Numbered from the whole stretch's first letter, positions 12,110 through 23,989 are shown. The stretch is 63,317 nucleotides of DNA, filler included, from Olpidium bornovanus S191 (GCA_017911155.1; 27 parts of 27 records of this genome joined end to end with filler, not necessarily neighbours in it), one strand, 5' to 3'. Notes: generated by a model not told the origin, from the sequence alone. Program-made: numbers and translations.

Positions 12110-13752
12110 TCAAGGGCCCGGGATTTTGAATCGGAACACTCTCCAGTCCTCTGCGTCCTTAGGCGTCTCATCCTTCCCGTCCCCTTTGTCGCTATCGAGC
12201 AGACGCTCGGCAAAAACGCACGTGCCGTCTGCGGCTAGGAGGATCACGCATGTCGATCGAGTGCCGTAGTCCGCTGCGTCGGCGGCACCGGACATCTTCA
12301 TGGGGGGCACGCAGATGCACTTTGCCAGATCCGTCAGCACCTTTGGCGGGTTTGAGGCGGAGAAGGGGTTCTCGTCGCTGCACAAATTCACCCGATTTGA
12401 GCTGTCAGGATCCGCGTGGAATGTTCGCCCCGCGCCCCGCGCCCCGCGCTTCCCGGAATTTTTTTTTTTTTTTTTTTTTTTTTTGCGCGAGCCGCCGCGG
12501 TTTTCCGTGCAACCGAGCGCGTCAGGGCCGGGCCCCCGTTTTTCCTCACCTCATGAGCGTGAACAGATCCTTCAGCAGCCTCTGCTCTTCCCGCGCCGCG
12601 GCGCCTTCTTCGCCCCGGCGGCCGTCCGCAACTTCGGCGCGGACGATCTGCTCGAAACGGCGTTTCCCGTCCGCGACCTTCGGCCACGTGCAGTCGTCCA
12701 GCAGGGCGTTCGAGAGGCCGTAGACGCGGCGCGGCTCGGCGGGGTAGCGGAGATCCACGCGGTACCTCGGCGGCGAGCCGGGCGCGGAGGCGGCGCCGGC
12801 GCCGGCGCCGGCCGGCGGCGCGTCGGCGCAGCGGTTGGTGACGTACACGGCAAAACCGCCGCCGTCGTTCCCTTCCCGGAGACCGCGGAGCAGCGCGCGG
12901 AGGTCGACGCACAGGAGGCTGAACCCGGCCATCCTCGTGACGTCGACCGCGTCGCCGCACGAGGCGCCCTCCTCGGCGGCGGGCCCCGCGCGCGGGCGCG
13001 CGATCGCCCGGGCGTACTCGCGCGGCGACGCCGCGCCGGAGACGAAGTTCGCGACCAGCAGGCCGCGGGAGAGGAGGAGGTTGCTCCCGTCCCGCGGGCC
13101 GAATTCCCTGTAGTTCGTCAGAGCGCCCAGCTTTCCGCCCGTGGAGACGCCGATCCAGGTTCCCCGGGCCGAGCAGCGCCCGCCGTCCCCGGCGGCGGCG
13201 GCCCCGCTCCGGTCGGAGCCGCCGCCGCCGCGGTCTTTGCCGGAGGAGGAGGAGGAGGAGGAGGAGGAGGAGGAGGAGGAGGGGGAGGACGGCGCCGCCG
13301 ACCGCGGCTCGCCGGCGCCGCCGGCCTGGAGGTCCAGGCCCGACAGGATCACTGTGCCGGCCTCCGCCGCCGCCGCCGTCCCCGGCGGCCGCCAGAAGCC
13401 GGCGGGCCGCGTCGGTCGCGCGTAGAACTCGTCGCGGTTCGAGGCGAGAACGCTGGGGCGCACCTCCGGCCGCGGCGGCGGACGGGTAAAAAAAGAAAGG
13501 AAGCACGGGGTGACAAAGGGCAGGTTTGTGAAACGGGGCAACGCCCTTCCCCTCCGACCCTTTCCCCCCCCCCCCCCCCCATCCCCCCACCATGACCAAG
13601 GCCGCAGACCGGGATCCCGCCGCGCACGGTGCCGCCGCCGGGTCCCGAGACGCCCTTCTGGTATCCCGAACGCGCCCCCGGGCCTACTCCCGCCTCCCTC
13701 CTCACAAGGGGAACTTTGAGTTGAGTCCTGTTCCCCAGAAGATGATGCACAT
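12110..13752 (-). CDS. TANGO2: TANGO2/NRDE-family (DUF833) protein (exons 13752-13706, 13452-12550, 12377-12110)
   Basis: N-terminal MCIIF; LASNRDEFYARPT; GTWIGVS; LTNYRE; SRGLLV; YGLSN; YGTRSTCVIL; poly-Ser/Ala inserts. Confidence 0.9.
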
Positions 13753-15097
13753 GGCGGCTCGTTTTCCTTTCGGGCCTGTTGCGCTTGAGGACGCGGCGCG
13801 GGGCTGTGCGGCGGAGGTCCGTTTGCCTTCCGGGCCGGGCGCCGGGCTGGTCGTCAGGTCGCGTTTCAGCCGCTGGCTTGACGCAGAGAGCAGGAGGAGC
13901 GAGGGCGCCCGCGGTCGCTGTTTTACTTGTGCGCGGGCGAGGTGTGTGGCGTGGGTGGGGGGAGGAGGTGGAGCGGTGTGGTCGGGGTCCACGTGACCGC
14001 CCGCCTACGGCGACATTCACCCGCACGAAGAAAGCCGGCCACTCTCCGCTTTCCCAACCCACACGGGGTCCGAGAGCGAGATGCGTCTCAAAGCCAAGGC
14101 AAAAAGTCGAAACGGATGTGGAGACGGCTCGTGTCCAGCCCGCTTCCCCCTTCGCATCCTCATGCCCCCCCCCCCCCTTCCCGGTGTCTGAACACTGGCC
14201 CCCAGTATTTCGTGTTCAAGCGCCCACAGGCAAAATTTTAAACCGCCCAAGGCTCCACCCGCGAAGCCGGGCGGCTTCTGCCCGAACAAGATCTCGTCGG
14301 ATCCCGTGATGCCGCTGGCGACTGCCCCGCACGCCGCAAAACGCTGCGGATGAAGACCCTGCCTTGAAAAAGGGCCGCGATCAGCGTCTTCCATAGGCGC
14401 GCAGAACCTTCCAAATGTTGTTACGGTCAGAGAGAGCTGCCCCTCTTAGGGCTCGGCTCAAATTTTGCACTTTGCATGGCGCACCAGACATTTAATAATC
14501 CAAAGCTCCACACTATACCTTACTAGCAGAAACGAAGTAACCTTCCAACGATCCATAATCGCACCGAGCGTTCAATATCCTGCAATCCTTGATATGTTTA
14601 GGGTAGTCGGCACCTATATGTCTACGAGAGCAAATCCGGCAGGACCAGAGATTTGTAACAACAGAAACACAGCGGAAGAGTCAAGAGAAGCGGTATCCAG
14701 CACGGGTGCACGCGTGCATTGCCGTTGAGAAGTGGGTTGATCGGACGGTCCGGGGTGGAGTGCGGCAGTCGCGGGGGTCCGCGCCGAAAAAGGTTGATCC
14801 TCGAAGGGCCAGGAAGGACCCAGAACCGACATCCTGTCACGCGACGTCATGATTAAGGATGTGGTATACAGAAAAGACTAACCAACAATTCAGGGACGAC
14901 CCCTGCGAGTTGTCGGAAGTAAGCTCCACGGGCAACTACTCCCTTGGACGACCGGCCGGCAGACGAACTCGGCGAGCAAGTGAGCAGAACTGGGGCCAGG
15001 CGGCCGACAATTGGAGTTTTGCCCGTTGGCCCCACGAACTGTGGCTTCGTTCGTCGCCGCACGGCACTCTCTCTTCGTGTACCTCCTGGGTGCCAGC

Positions 15098-15481
15098 TCA
15101 GTAATCCGCCGCCCACTCGTTCTTACTGAGCCACTCTTCCATTGCCTCCTTGAGAGCGAGGTTGGGAATGAGATCCGACTCCGACAACGGCGCGCGGGTA
15201 AACGGGTCAAACCCGCCGATCTGCTTGAGGTGGGCGAGGATTTGGGTGCGCTCAAACGAGACCCCTGACGGGGCAGCGACAGGATCCTGCATAATGTTGA
15301 ATGATATCTTGTCTATAAACGCATCGGGGACCGTCCGGACCTGGATAATAACAAGAGAAGCCATTGGAAGTCAGACCAGGTTGCGCAATAGGAAAGCAGT
15401 GGAGTGAACGGATGGCACAAGACTAGCCTTTAGGTTTTCGTCCGCCTGCTCAAACACTAACTTCAGGTGGCTTAGCATGTC
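15098..15481 (-). CDS. STUB1: CHIP/STUB1 U-box E3 ligase, 3' end (exons 15481-15428, 15340-15098)
   Basis: VPDAFIDKISFNIMQDPVAAPSGVSFERTQILAHLKQIGGFDPFTRAPL...LIPNLALKEAMEEWLSKNEWAADY* parallels the CHIP C-terminus (...ENGWVEDY). Confidence 0.9.
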
Positions 15482-15583
15482 NNNNNNNNNNNNNNNNNNN
15501 NNNNNNNNNNNNNNNNNNNNNNNNNTTAATTAATTAANNNNNNNNNNNNNNNNNNNNNNNNNNNNNNNNNNNNNNNNNNNNCG

Positions 15584-15754
15584 GAGAGTTCGGCGCTTCA
15601 GAAGCGCTCCATCGGCATGGCCGTGGGCAACGCGTTACATGTCGCCAAGGCGGTGATCGCCGCCACCCCGGTCGGGGCTGGCGCCAAGATCCTCAAGAAG
15701 TCTGCCAAAAAGATGGCTAGCGCGGCAAAGCAGAAGTTCAGGCGCCCCATCTAA
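15584..15754 (+). CDS. 3' end of an unknown, possibly secreted precursor ending in a cationic amphipathic peptide
   Basis: ESSALQKR-SIGMAVGNALHVAKAVIAATPVGAGAKILKKSAKKMASAAKQKFRRPI*; GC-rich third positions; AT-rich 3' region follows; 5' part lost at contig start. Confidence 0.6.
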   Translation, partial: ESSALQKRSIGMAVGNALHVAKAVIAATPVGAGAKILKKSAKKMASAAKQKFRRPI

Positions 15755-17117
15755 GGCCCAAGATCCTCCCCCACTCCGGTCTGCCCTGGCCCAAAGAACG
15801 AGTCCTTTCTTTGCAAACAAAAAAAAATTAAAACTATCACTAGAGGGCATGTATTAATATTATCATTTCTATAAACATATTTATACACTAAAAAAAATAA
15901 AATAAAATAAAAGACCCCCTAAGCAAAACAAAAAAAAACGCCTGGACAACACGCTTTTAGAATCCGCTTTTTTTTGTTTCTGTTTTTTTTTTCGTTTGCA
16001 TTTCATTGTTTGAACCGTTCCACGCGCCGAAAACGCACCCCACGGAGACACCGCAACGTCAGATCCGGCTCTTGTCGCACGTAAATTAATTTTAACGTTG
16101 TGCTCGCCTGGTGTGATTGTCTGTGATCATCGCTTCTTTCGGAGATGGGTGGGTCCGGCGGCTGGGTGGGGAGGGGGACGGGATTTCCGCCTGATCAACT
16201 ATCCGTTATATTCGTATTGCCAGAATCTTCTCGACGTCAATGGACTGCCCCCCCCCTCCTCGCCCCAGACCTTTAACCTGAAATGTTTTCGCGACCCGCT
16301 TGGGCCTCGCGTGGTGAGGAAGGGGTGCGCCGTAATGTCACCGGGAGGGTTGTGAGGGACGCGAGTTACGGAGGGGAAAAAGCCCACACCTCCACCTTCG
16401 TCGCTCGTTTGGCGCGTTTCGGGGAGGAGTTACGGTGCGCTGGGGAAGACTTGAGTGTCTCAGCTGGGCGCGTCTCACGGACCGCGGGCGAACGGAGATG
16501 GCCCGGAAATCATATCGGGCGACGGTGCTGATTTCCAGTTCCCAAAGAACCATTTTCCGGAGCTCCCCGGCCTCGCAGTTGCCCGCAAGCGAACGAAGCT
16601 GACGACACCCAGTTGGAAAGATCTGAACCGCCCTCGGGAGTGTGTCGACAACGCCCAACCCTGCGGGGGAGGAGCAGCACAACCTTGTTTGAGAAGAAAA
16701 AATTGCGCACGTTCAAGGGGGTGGGGGGGTTGCGTCCGAACGCCGCGTTTTGAACCCGACGGCCAGGTATAGTACAACCGCAATCTTTGAGCGGCGCCCT
16801 CTCCAAAATCACCACACAACCTTCGGGTTGTTGGTGAACGGTGCTGCATCCTGTTCCAAACAAGGGAAGTTTTGGGTTGTATCGCGACCGACCTTTGCGG
16901 AAGGGACAAGGCGGGGTATGGAGAGGGGTGCAACAANNNNNNNNNNNNNNNNNNNNNNNNNNNNNNNNNNNNNNNNNNNNTTAATTAATTAANNNNNNNN
17001 NNNNNNNNNNNNNNNNNNNNNNNNNNNNNNNNNNNNCCCCGCCCGCTCCCCTCAACCCGCGGGTTCCCTGCCGGAGTCCCGAAACGTCAGTTCTCTTTCC
17101 TCCCTCCCCTCCGCAAA

Positions 17118-18474
17118 ATGGAACGAGGCGGACCCGCGGCGGACCCGATCGAGAGGCAGGACCCCGACGCCCCCGGCGGTAGGCCCGGCCGGACTGATGG
17201 GCCGGCGGGCGGCGGAGATCCGCGTGCTGGCAGCGACGCCGGCGGAGTCGGAGGAGGAGGAGGAGGAGGAGGAGGAGGAGGAGGAGCAGAGCCGGACCCG
17301 GAGGAGAATGATGACGAAAACAGCGGGGCGGTCGGCTCCGACCCGGGAGACGACGGCCGCGACGACAGTCCGTCGGCGGAGGAGCGGGGCGAAGAGGAGG
17401 AGAAGGAGGGCGGCAGCGGCGAGGGGGAGGAGGATGACGGGGAGGACGATGATCTCGTCGGCAGCGACGAGGAAGCCGGGCAGGGCGCCGGGGCGCGAGG
17501 GAGACCCGGCGCGGAGGTCTGCGGGCCGGAGGACGCATCGGCCCCGACGGCGGCGGACGCGGGCGGCGGCGCCGCCGCCTCCGAAGACAAGTTCGAGGAG
17601 CTGGAGAAGGGCTTCCAGAAGACCGTGTTCGACATGGCCATGGACTCGTCGGTCGCGAAGTACCGCGAGGAGTTCGACAAGCTCCACCACACCCTGCTCC
17701 GGTTCCGGGACAACGAGAAGCGGCTGATCCTCAAGTGCCGGGAGCTGAACGGCCAGGTGGCCGCCAGCGCCGACAAGGTCCAGGCCGTGCTGAAGCTGAG
17801 CCAGAACGACCGCTCCACCATCGCGACGCTGAAGAAGGAGGTGAAGAAGGCGTGGAAAATGGTGGAGGCCAGCAACGAGAAAGAGGCCCGCGCGAAAGAC
17901 GTCATTGCCCAGCTCAAGCAGGAGCTGACCGTCGCCGGCACGCTCAGCGAACCTCAGTACTACATGAGCCCGGCCCAGGAGAAGCAGATGGCGAGCCTGC
18001 AAGCGGTAATGTGTCCGATTACGCTCCCGGCCTATGAAAAAAAAAAACACTCTCTGGGGGCCGGAAGAGAGCGGGGAGAAGGAGGGAGGGGGGAAAGGCG
18101 GGGCGAGGCGACGGGGTTTCACTGACGACGAATGAAGGGAAGGAGGGGAAGGGGGGGGAGGGGCCTCGACGGGATTTCGCTGACGACAAACGAAAGGGAG
18201 GAGAAAAAGTAGGGGTGGGGACCGGCCGCTGACATCGAACGAACGGTCCCCCCCCCCCTCCCTTCGCCGCATCAGGCCGAAGAGCAGCTGACCGCAGAGC
18301 GGGACGAGCTTGCCGCCCGGCTCGAGAGCGTGCTCAGCGAGAACAACGCCCTCCATGACCAGTACTCCGCCGCGGACGCCGAGCGGCTGGGGATGGAGCA
18401 GGAGGTTAACACGCTCAAGGACCTGATCGCGACCAAGAAGTCCGAGGCGGACCGGGAAGGCCGGATAAAGGAGA
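17118..18474 (+). CDS. CFAP58: Cilia- and flagella-associated protein 58, 5' part (exons 17118-18005, 18276-18474)
   Basis: FEELEKGFQ...YREEFDKLH...NEKRLILKCRELN...ALKLSQ-like VLKLSQNDRSTIATLKKEVKKAWKMVEAS matches the CFAP58 N-terminus. Confidence 0.88.
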
Positions 18475-19239
18475 NNNNNNNNNNNNNNNNNNNNNNNNNN
18501 NNNNNNNNNNNNNNNNNNTTAATTAATTAANNNNNNNNNNNNNNNNNNNNNNNNNNNNNNNNNNNNNNNNNNNNCAATACCGCAGTTGGACAGAATCGGC
18601 GCCAAAGTACCAACCGCCCGAGGCAACCGTGCAATTCCTGTTCTTCACCGGACCATTTCCCAAGCGATGTCCTCTGATTCCGGCAGATTTGCATGCCAGG
18701 GCTGCTGCAAATCTCAACAGCAAAGCAAAGCCTGCATCCGGATCGACGCCCTGGCTGTCATCATCATCTGCACCGCCCCATGCACTCAGCGTAAGCCAGC
18801 ATTCTCAGGCGTTTTCAAGCGTCACCCGCTACGTACCCCAACGCCACGCACCCTTCGAAGACCACCTTGGCGGGATCATCATTGACTCTGGTGTCGGGCA
18901 ATTTCTTGCCAGGGCGGCTGGGGCGCCCGAACAGAGCCCTTTGTTTCCCCCCCCCCACCCCACTCGTTCGAAAAACCCGGACCCACGGACAAAACACATC
19001 AAATAATAAACAAACGAAGGAATCTTCGAAGCCCGTAGCAAACGTTTGATCCGGACGCCGTGCGACAGTGACCCTCCTACGGTGGAGGGTTGGCGCGCTC
19101 CTCGGGTTCGAGAACCTCGGCTGGACGCCCGTACGATCAAAGGCTCCTTCGAAGGCCTGCAGAGGGCACGTGTGCTCGACAGCGGAGAAGTTCCTTGCCG
19201 CCCGGCAGCGATAGAGCCTTGGGCTATCCTCAACAGCAA

Positions 19240-19586
19240 CCTGCAAACTCACGTCGGGTTGAATTAATACCCGACAACCTCGCGTTCGGCGCACGCTCTG
19301 TATGCTCTCTTCCCAGCTGCTCCTCACGCATGCGAAGTTCTGTTTCCTGGTGTTCCAGGTCTTGTTGCTACTTGCGGAGGGCACGTTCGCCTGCGTCCAG
19401 GGTTTCGGAGAATGTTCCGTGCTGGCTTCTTACCTTTGCGTCTTCCCCGGCCCTGGGGATGTGCTGCTGGGTACTTGCCTTCCCTCCAGCGGTTTCAGCA
19501 GTTGCTTGTCCGGAGTTTTCCGCGTTCTGCGGCGGCGGCGTTCTGGTCATTATATTTTTTCCGGTGCTTCTTTGCTTGGATGGCAC
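19240..19586 (-). pseudogene. Possible decayed retroelement gag coiled-coil segment
   Basis: ETLDAGERALRK*QQDLEHQETELRMREEQL, with an in-frame TAG at 19370-19368; compositionally like the Gag N-terminus near 51340; no diagnostic motif. Confidence 0.25.
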
Positions 19587-19599
19587 GTTTTGCCGTGGG

Positions 19600-19702
19600 G
19601 ATGGTTGCTGCGCGGCGGTGGTCGCGCAAAAGATGGTTGTTGCGCGGCGGCGCAGCGAAGGTTGCTGCGCGGCGGCGCAGGGATGGTTGCTGCGCGGCGG
19701 CG
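19600..19702 (+). repeat. Imperfect tandem repeat (GATGGTTGYTGCGCGGCGG-like unit, ~4 copies)
   Basis: Read directly. Confidence 0.7.
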
Positions 19703-19762
19703 GCGGGCGCGCAGCGGCGGGGGCGGGGGGGGGGGGGGGGCGGGGGGGGGGGGGGGGGGGGG

Positions 19763-19815
<53 letters not shown>

Positions 19816-20593
19816 NNNNNNNNNNNNNNNNNNNNNNNNNNNNNNNNNNNNNNNNNNNNTTAATTAATTAANNNNNNNNNNNNNNNNNNNNNNNNNNNNN
19901 NNNNNNNNNNNNNNNAATGAGCCGCTTCCACCCTGAGAAAGAGTTGTTAGTGTTAGCGAGCGGGCGTCAGCAAAACGCGGCCGAGCCCACCGTTTTTTTA
20001 TTCATTTTTATTTTTTTTTTCCTTTCCCCCCCCCCCCCCCCCCCCCCCCCTCCCCCGTTTCTTCCCCTTTTCTTTCCCCCCTCCCCCCTTCTCTTCCCCC
20101 TCTCCCTCCCCTTGCCTTTTCCAGGAGGGGCCGCCGCCCGGGCGGGGAAAAAGAAAAACAAAGGACGAACGTTCCTCCATCCCTTTTCCCCGGCACTTAA
20201 AAAGTGTACCCTGGCTCGCGCGCACGGAGCAAAAATTGATTCTTTTGGAATGCGGCCCGTGCTCGGCAAAAAAGTCTCGCCGCCACATTTTTTTCCCTTA
20301 TCCCCGGCTCTCCCGTTATGCTCGCCCGATGTTTGCCCGTTCGCCCCCCTGGCCAAGCAGGCGCCGACGCGAATCGTACGCGATGTCCGGCCCTGGAACC
20401 CCTCCCTCCAACCCCCATTCCGCGAAAACCCCAAGCACACCTTGCCCTCTGGCTGTTCGCTAAAAAAAAAAGAGAAAAACGAAGGGGCGGAAGGGGGAGG
20501 GAGGGGGGAGCGGGTGGAGGAGGCGGGGGGGGGAGGGGGGCAGGGGGGGAAGCTCTTCAATTGGCGGACTTTGAGGGGGAAGGAGGGAAGCAC

Positions 20594-20798
20594 TCTTCAA
20601 TTGGCGGGCTTCGAGGGGGACTATTCTATTGGTCGGCCCCCGGTTCGGGGGTCGTCCTGCGCTCGATCCCGCCGCCGCCCTTCGACCGCCTCTCGCCTTT
20701 TGCCCTGCGCCCTTCGCCTGCCTCCACTCGCCCGCCGCCCTTCGCCCGCCGCCCGTGGCGTCGATCGACGGGCGGTTTGAGGGCCGTGCTACAGCACA
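20594..20798 (-). mobile_element. GC-rich interspersed repeat (probable LTR end), copy 1
   Basis: Reverse complement begins TGTGCTGTAGCACGGCCCTCAAACCGCCCGTCGA and aligns with 52224-52445; abuts copia RT sequence. Confidence 0.8.
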
Positions 20799-21651
20799 GG
20801 ATGCAATCGACATCACGCGTTACCGCGAACTCATCGGGGGTCTGCTCTTCGTTGCGATGGGAACCAGGCCAGACATCGCATTCGTGGTTGGGCGGTTGGG
20901 ACGGCATCAAACAGTGCCCACGACACGCGATTGGAACGATGCTCTTCGGGTGCTGGGCCATCTCCGCACTACCGCCGCCAAGGCCTTGACGTACCAACGC
21001 CAGACGGACGACGGCTTCGGAGTGACCAGTTACTGCGATTCGGATTTCGCCGAGTGTACCGAGACACGCAGGTCAACAAGCGGGTACGTGTTCCTGCTTG
21101 GGGGAGCTGCAGTCAGTTGGAAGAGTTGACGTCAGGAAGTTGTGGCAAAGTCGAGTACGGAAGCGGAGTACGTGGCGCTAGCTGAGGGAGCGAAAGAGGC
21201 GGCGTGGCTTCGGAGCCTCCTGGGGGGATTGGGCGAGAAACCGGCGACAATTCCGTTGATCGAAGACAACCAAGGCGCCGCGGTGCTGGCGTGCACGCCC
21301 ACGCACAAACACACCAAGCACATTGACGTGCGTTGGCACTTCTTGCGAGACATGGTAAAGAAGGGCACTGTGAAGATTGTGAACGGGCGGACTGACGAGA
21401 TGGTGGCGGACGCGTTGACAAAGGCATTCGCACGCGTGAAGCACGAGCGCCATCAGAAGGACATAGGACTCTTAAATTGTATCTGCCTATTATGGCGTCC
21501 AGTTCCCGTTGTGTGTGCGGGGGGGTGTTGTGTTGCGTTGGCCTGTAGTTCACCCACTAGTTGAATTGTACCTCTTCGCCACTCTCCGCCACTTTTCCTT
21601 CCCTCCTTCCCCGTCTCTCGTCCACAATAAAAACAACGCGGTTCTACAACA
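20799..21651 (+). mobile_element. Ty1/copia 3' end: RT C-terminus, RNase H, PPT and 126-bp 3' LTR (21526-21651)
   Basis: YRELIGGLLFVAMGTRPDIAF; YCDSDFA; RRSTSGYVF; SSTEAEY; EDNQGA; KHIDVRWHF; VADALTK; in-frame TGA at 21127; G-tract then TGTTG...AATAAA...CAACA. Confidence 0.95.
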
Positions 21652-22475
21652 CGCTTTAAGGTCCATGGGCACTGGTCCATTGTCGGGAGGCCCCGGTCGA
21701 CGGGGGTGCCCTTGGGGGCACTCCTAGGCGCGCCCGGGTCCTCGTCGGCGTTGGCGTTCGATCTCGTCAAGTTCTTCCGTGACGGATATGGCCTCCTTCA
21801 GGGAGGCGACTCACATTATGCGGAGGTCTTGTAGGAGACCGTCCGACAAGCCTCGCTTGTAAGCGAAGTACTTGTCGGCTTCGGTGAGGTCAGGGAGAAG
21901 GAGCGCCAAACGTCAAAATTCTTCTGTGTATTGGTGCGCGGAGCCGGTCCGCTGGAGGCTGGCCAGCCGCCTCTGCGCGGTTTCTTCTTCCAGGGGGTCT
22001 CTCTAACGGCGGAGGAAGAGTCGACGAAATTTGGTGAAGCTTGACCCCGAGCCCACCAAACTCTGGTACCACTCGACCGCTTCATCTGCGAGCATCTTGC
22101 CGACCGCTACGACCCTGGCTGAGGGCTCGAGGCAAGCATATTTGGCATACTGCTCAAACTGCGTCAAGAAGTTGCGCACGTGGTGGGGGGTCCCGTTACG
22201 GCCGGTGAACGGCCGAAGTTTGTCGCGAATGAGCTTCGCGACGACACGGTCGGATTCTGAGGGCTTTCGTGTGGAGTCCTCGGTCGCAGTTGTGGCGGCA
22301 AAAGCCGCCTGCGGCAATTAGTCGCGCTGCGCAGTTACCTCCGCCAGGCGGGTCTCCAGCTGGCAGATCGCCAGCTGGTAGTCCGACTCTGTCTGCAGGA
22401 CGGTCGGTCCTGCGGCGGAGGCAACGGGGGAAGTCAGGTTACGTGCCATGTCAGAAAGGAGAGGCGTTGCTACCA
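21652..22475 (-). mobile_element. Ty3/gypsy gag pseudogene with PBS (TGGTAGC, 22475-22469); LTR extends upward from 22476
   Basis: ATG at 22449; KLRPFTGRNG...NFLTQFEQY...EAVEWY; LASLQRTGSAHQYTEEF; YKRGL; GPVPMDL after a frameshift; 5 in-frame stops; ..TACA directly abuts TGGTAGC. Confidence 0.85.
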
Positions 22476-23989
22476 TGTACTGCGGCTAGGTTTTAACGTT
22501 TTGAGATTCTCCACGTCAGGTCTGCACGGAACGCTACAGATAAGGTGACGCGGGCTAACGAGTACGGTAAGAAGCTGTCGGGTCTGGGGTGTCGGTTGAG
22601 TCGGTGAGAGGCGGAGCTACGGAACGGGCAGGGCGCTATTTATGCCTGTCGACCAGCGAGGCAGGATGACGGCAGAGTTCGTCCCGTCTTCCGCGGCCGC
22701 AGTTCCTCTCCCACGCGGTCGTGGTCCCCTTGCAGGGTTCCGTGTTTGCGCGGTCGCGCGCGGGGGCGGCCTCTTTTGCCAGGGGGGGGGATGTGGTTGC
22801 CGGTGGGGTCCGCGTGTGGCGTTGTTATGGGAAGGGTGGGGGTATTTTATTGGTCTGGCCACGGGTCATATGACCGTTGTGGGCAAGAACGGCTCTGCTT
22901 GTCCCAATGCCAGTCTTTTTCGACGACCACTGCGGTGCTAAGGCCAGGTGTCTGTTTTCCTCTTCTTCTCCCTTTCTCCTTTCTCTTCTTTCTATGCCTC
23001 GGCGGCTACTCTGAACGGGCCCAAATACACCGAACTATTCTCCGAAAACACTCGCCTTGGCGGCGAGGTAGATGGAGGTTCTGGACGTCATATTTCTATT
23101 CTCTAAATCGAAGTCTCGCCTCGGCGGCGGCGAGGTTCTCCTCGGCGGAGAGTGGGTGGTGCGGGCTCGGTTCGACAGATATAGCATTGGGAGTTCGCGC
23201 GTGAACAAGGGTTGGGGTTTTACGCGTAGCCTATCTTAATTATAGAACCCCTGGCCGTGACGTGTCGCCCTAACTCCTTCCTCTATTTTCTCACCGAAAC
23301 ACGCACTGCCTTCACCGGCCGCTCTCAGCACTTTCCGATAATTGGTGCCAGCCGGAGAAGTGACTCACAGTCTTGGAGAATGCAGGCCCCCTTCTGAGCG
23401 GTGTGACGGCACCACCCAAGTCCTAGCCCAACGCCGCTTCCCTTCCATTGCGCCCCTTGCCACGGATAGGGCCTGGTCGGCTTTTTCTTCCGCACCGTCC
23501 CGCCTCCTTCTCCAAGTCCCGCCGCCGCCCGCCGCCGCGCCTTCCGTGGCTTCCTCTTTGGCAGCCTTGGGCGGCGGTCGGGGCGGTGTGCGGTGCCACA
23601 GCACACGCCCCCACTATGCACCCTTGACACTCTCCGATAATTAGCATCATTCGGAGGAGTGACTCGTAGGCTCGGAAAATGCACTTCCACTCCGGATCGA
23701 GTTGGCAACACCGCCGAGCCCCAGCTCAGTCGGGGAAACGTCAGGCAAAGTCGGGGAAGTGCACTTGCTGACGATCTCGTTTTTTCCAAAATCCAGTTAA
23801 AACAAATCGCCGTAAAACTCGAAAGATCCGCCTTGCAGCTTTACCAAACTAATCAATGAGGATCGACTGCATGATTGACGTGGCCGGAGCTTCGAAAGGC
23901 ACTTCTTGAAAGATTCTGTGCTGTTGATCACATGGAACGTGTCCGAGAACGATTTATGTTCTCTACCTTCCGGAACTTTCATTCCACTA

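Noticed and set aside
12300-13599. 400-aa Arg/Gly/Ala-rich ORFs (also 5908-6930, 17052-18356, 33523-34380, 52498-53718)
   Set aside because: Antisense or alternate-frame shadows of real GC-rich genes
4248-18474. Apparent clustering of flagellar or mitochondrial genes
   Set aside because: They lie on separate contigs joined by linkers, so no synteny can be inferred
18629-19006. IIIDSG as a retroviral protease motif
   Set aside because: No supporting Gag or protease context; could be chance
19720-19815. Long poly-G/C tracts (also ~10180, 35455, 58880, 61840, 62036) as G-quadruplex arrays or poly-Gly/Pro ORFs
   Set aside because: Concentrated at contig ends and breakpoints; length unreliable and probably inflated by sequencing artefacts
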